A program made the translations under genes and the position numbers. A DNA stretch of 64,000 bases from Camelus dromedarius (Eukaryota). Location of the stretch: assembly GCF_036321535.1 (NCBI RefSeq), contig NC_087437.1, forward strand, positions 30,506,001 through 30,570,000. The letters run 5' to 3'. This document shows positions 63,335 through 64,000 of this stretch, one piece after another (the first letter of the stretch is position 1; each line of letters opens with the position of its first letter). Below the pieces are notes generated by a model. It saw only the letters and a program-made list of their open reading frames with translations, searched no databases and was not told where the DNA came from.

Positions 63335-63860
63335 GCAATGAATTCTCCTGAGTCTTGTTTGTCTCAACAAAATTTTTATTTCATCTTCATCTTCTCTGGT
63401 GATATATAGAAATCTAGGTTGAGAAAATTATTTTGTTGAGCACTTTAAAACTGTCATTCAATTGTCCCCTGGCTCTTACTGTTTTGATTGAGAAATCTTC
63501 TGTCAGTGTTACTGGTGATCCTTTGAAAGGAATGTGTCTTTGTTCTTTGTTTTTAAGATTTTATTTTGTCTTTGATTCTCAACAATCTTATGTCACAATG
63601 AGATTTAAAGTTTTTATTTCATTTGTATTTGGTTGACCTTTTTGATTTTGTAAATTGTTGTTTTTGGAAAACTCTTAGCCATTATATCTTCAAGTATTTC
63701 TGCCCCATTCTCCTCCCCTCTCCTTTTGAGATCATAATTAAACATATGTTAAACCTTTTCACTGAGTCCCACATGTTTCTACCATTTGTTTCTCTATTTG
63801 CAATTTTGTTTCCTCTGTGTGCTTCATTTTGGATACTTTTTATAGAACTGCCTTCAACCT
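63335..63860 (-). mobile_element. Ancient L1 5'/ORF1-region fragment
   Basis: 'tgattgagaaatcttctgtcagt...cttagccattatatcttcaagtatttctgcccc' typical of antisense old L1M. Confidence 0.6.
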
Positions 63861-64000
63861 GGTTTTGTGTGTGTGTGTATGTGTGTGTGTTGGAGGCTCC
63901 TCACTCTGGCAAGGGATGGTTTATTGAATACTGAAGGGATCCTCATTCTATTAAGCCCTTAAAGGGGGGAAATTTTTCTTGTGTATTTCTCAGTTCAGTC

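Noticed and set aside
1..64000. CRISPR array, operon or other prokaryotic system
   Set aside because: The sequence is mammalian and repeat-laden; no regularly spaced direct repeats or dense ORFs.

Overview
Repeat-rich, apparently non-genic mammalian DNA, most likely from a camelid: two tRNA-derived Vic-1-type SINEs and cetartiodactyl-type L1 3' ends are present (inference). I can support no host protein-coding exon or RNA gene. The listed ORFs are L1/MaLR debris, microsatellites or chance frames. Most of the window is L1, L2, MIR, MaLR/ERV LTRs and DNA-transposon fossils, many with readable target-site duplications (TSDs). The main finding is an AT-rich, T3-biased, decayed coding segment at ~53.6-56.6 kb. 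After a few 1-2 nt frameshift corrections it spells, in the right order and at roughly the right spacing, the motifs of a superfamily-3 RNA helicase of the Picornavirales 2C type: P-x-x-I-L-x-x-G-Q-S-G-N-G-K, TEEFY...QKIVVAD, NP...P-RIHLAS..NNKG, IIINTD. An inverted pair of ancient MLT2 LTRs splits it between Walker A and Walker B. It is a candidate ancient endogenous picorna-like (+ssRNA) viral element, unconfirmed without a homology search. Also flagged: a weaker virus-like/pseudogene-like segment (~4.5-5.9 kb), a ~310-bp palindrome (37.3-37.6 kb), an internally deleted L1 with intact ends, and several tail-only retrotransposition scars. Repeat family names are recalled from consensus sequences, not from a search.
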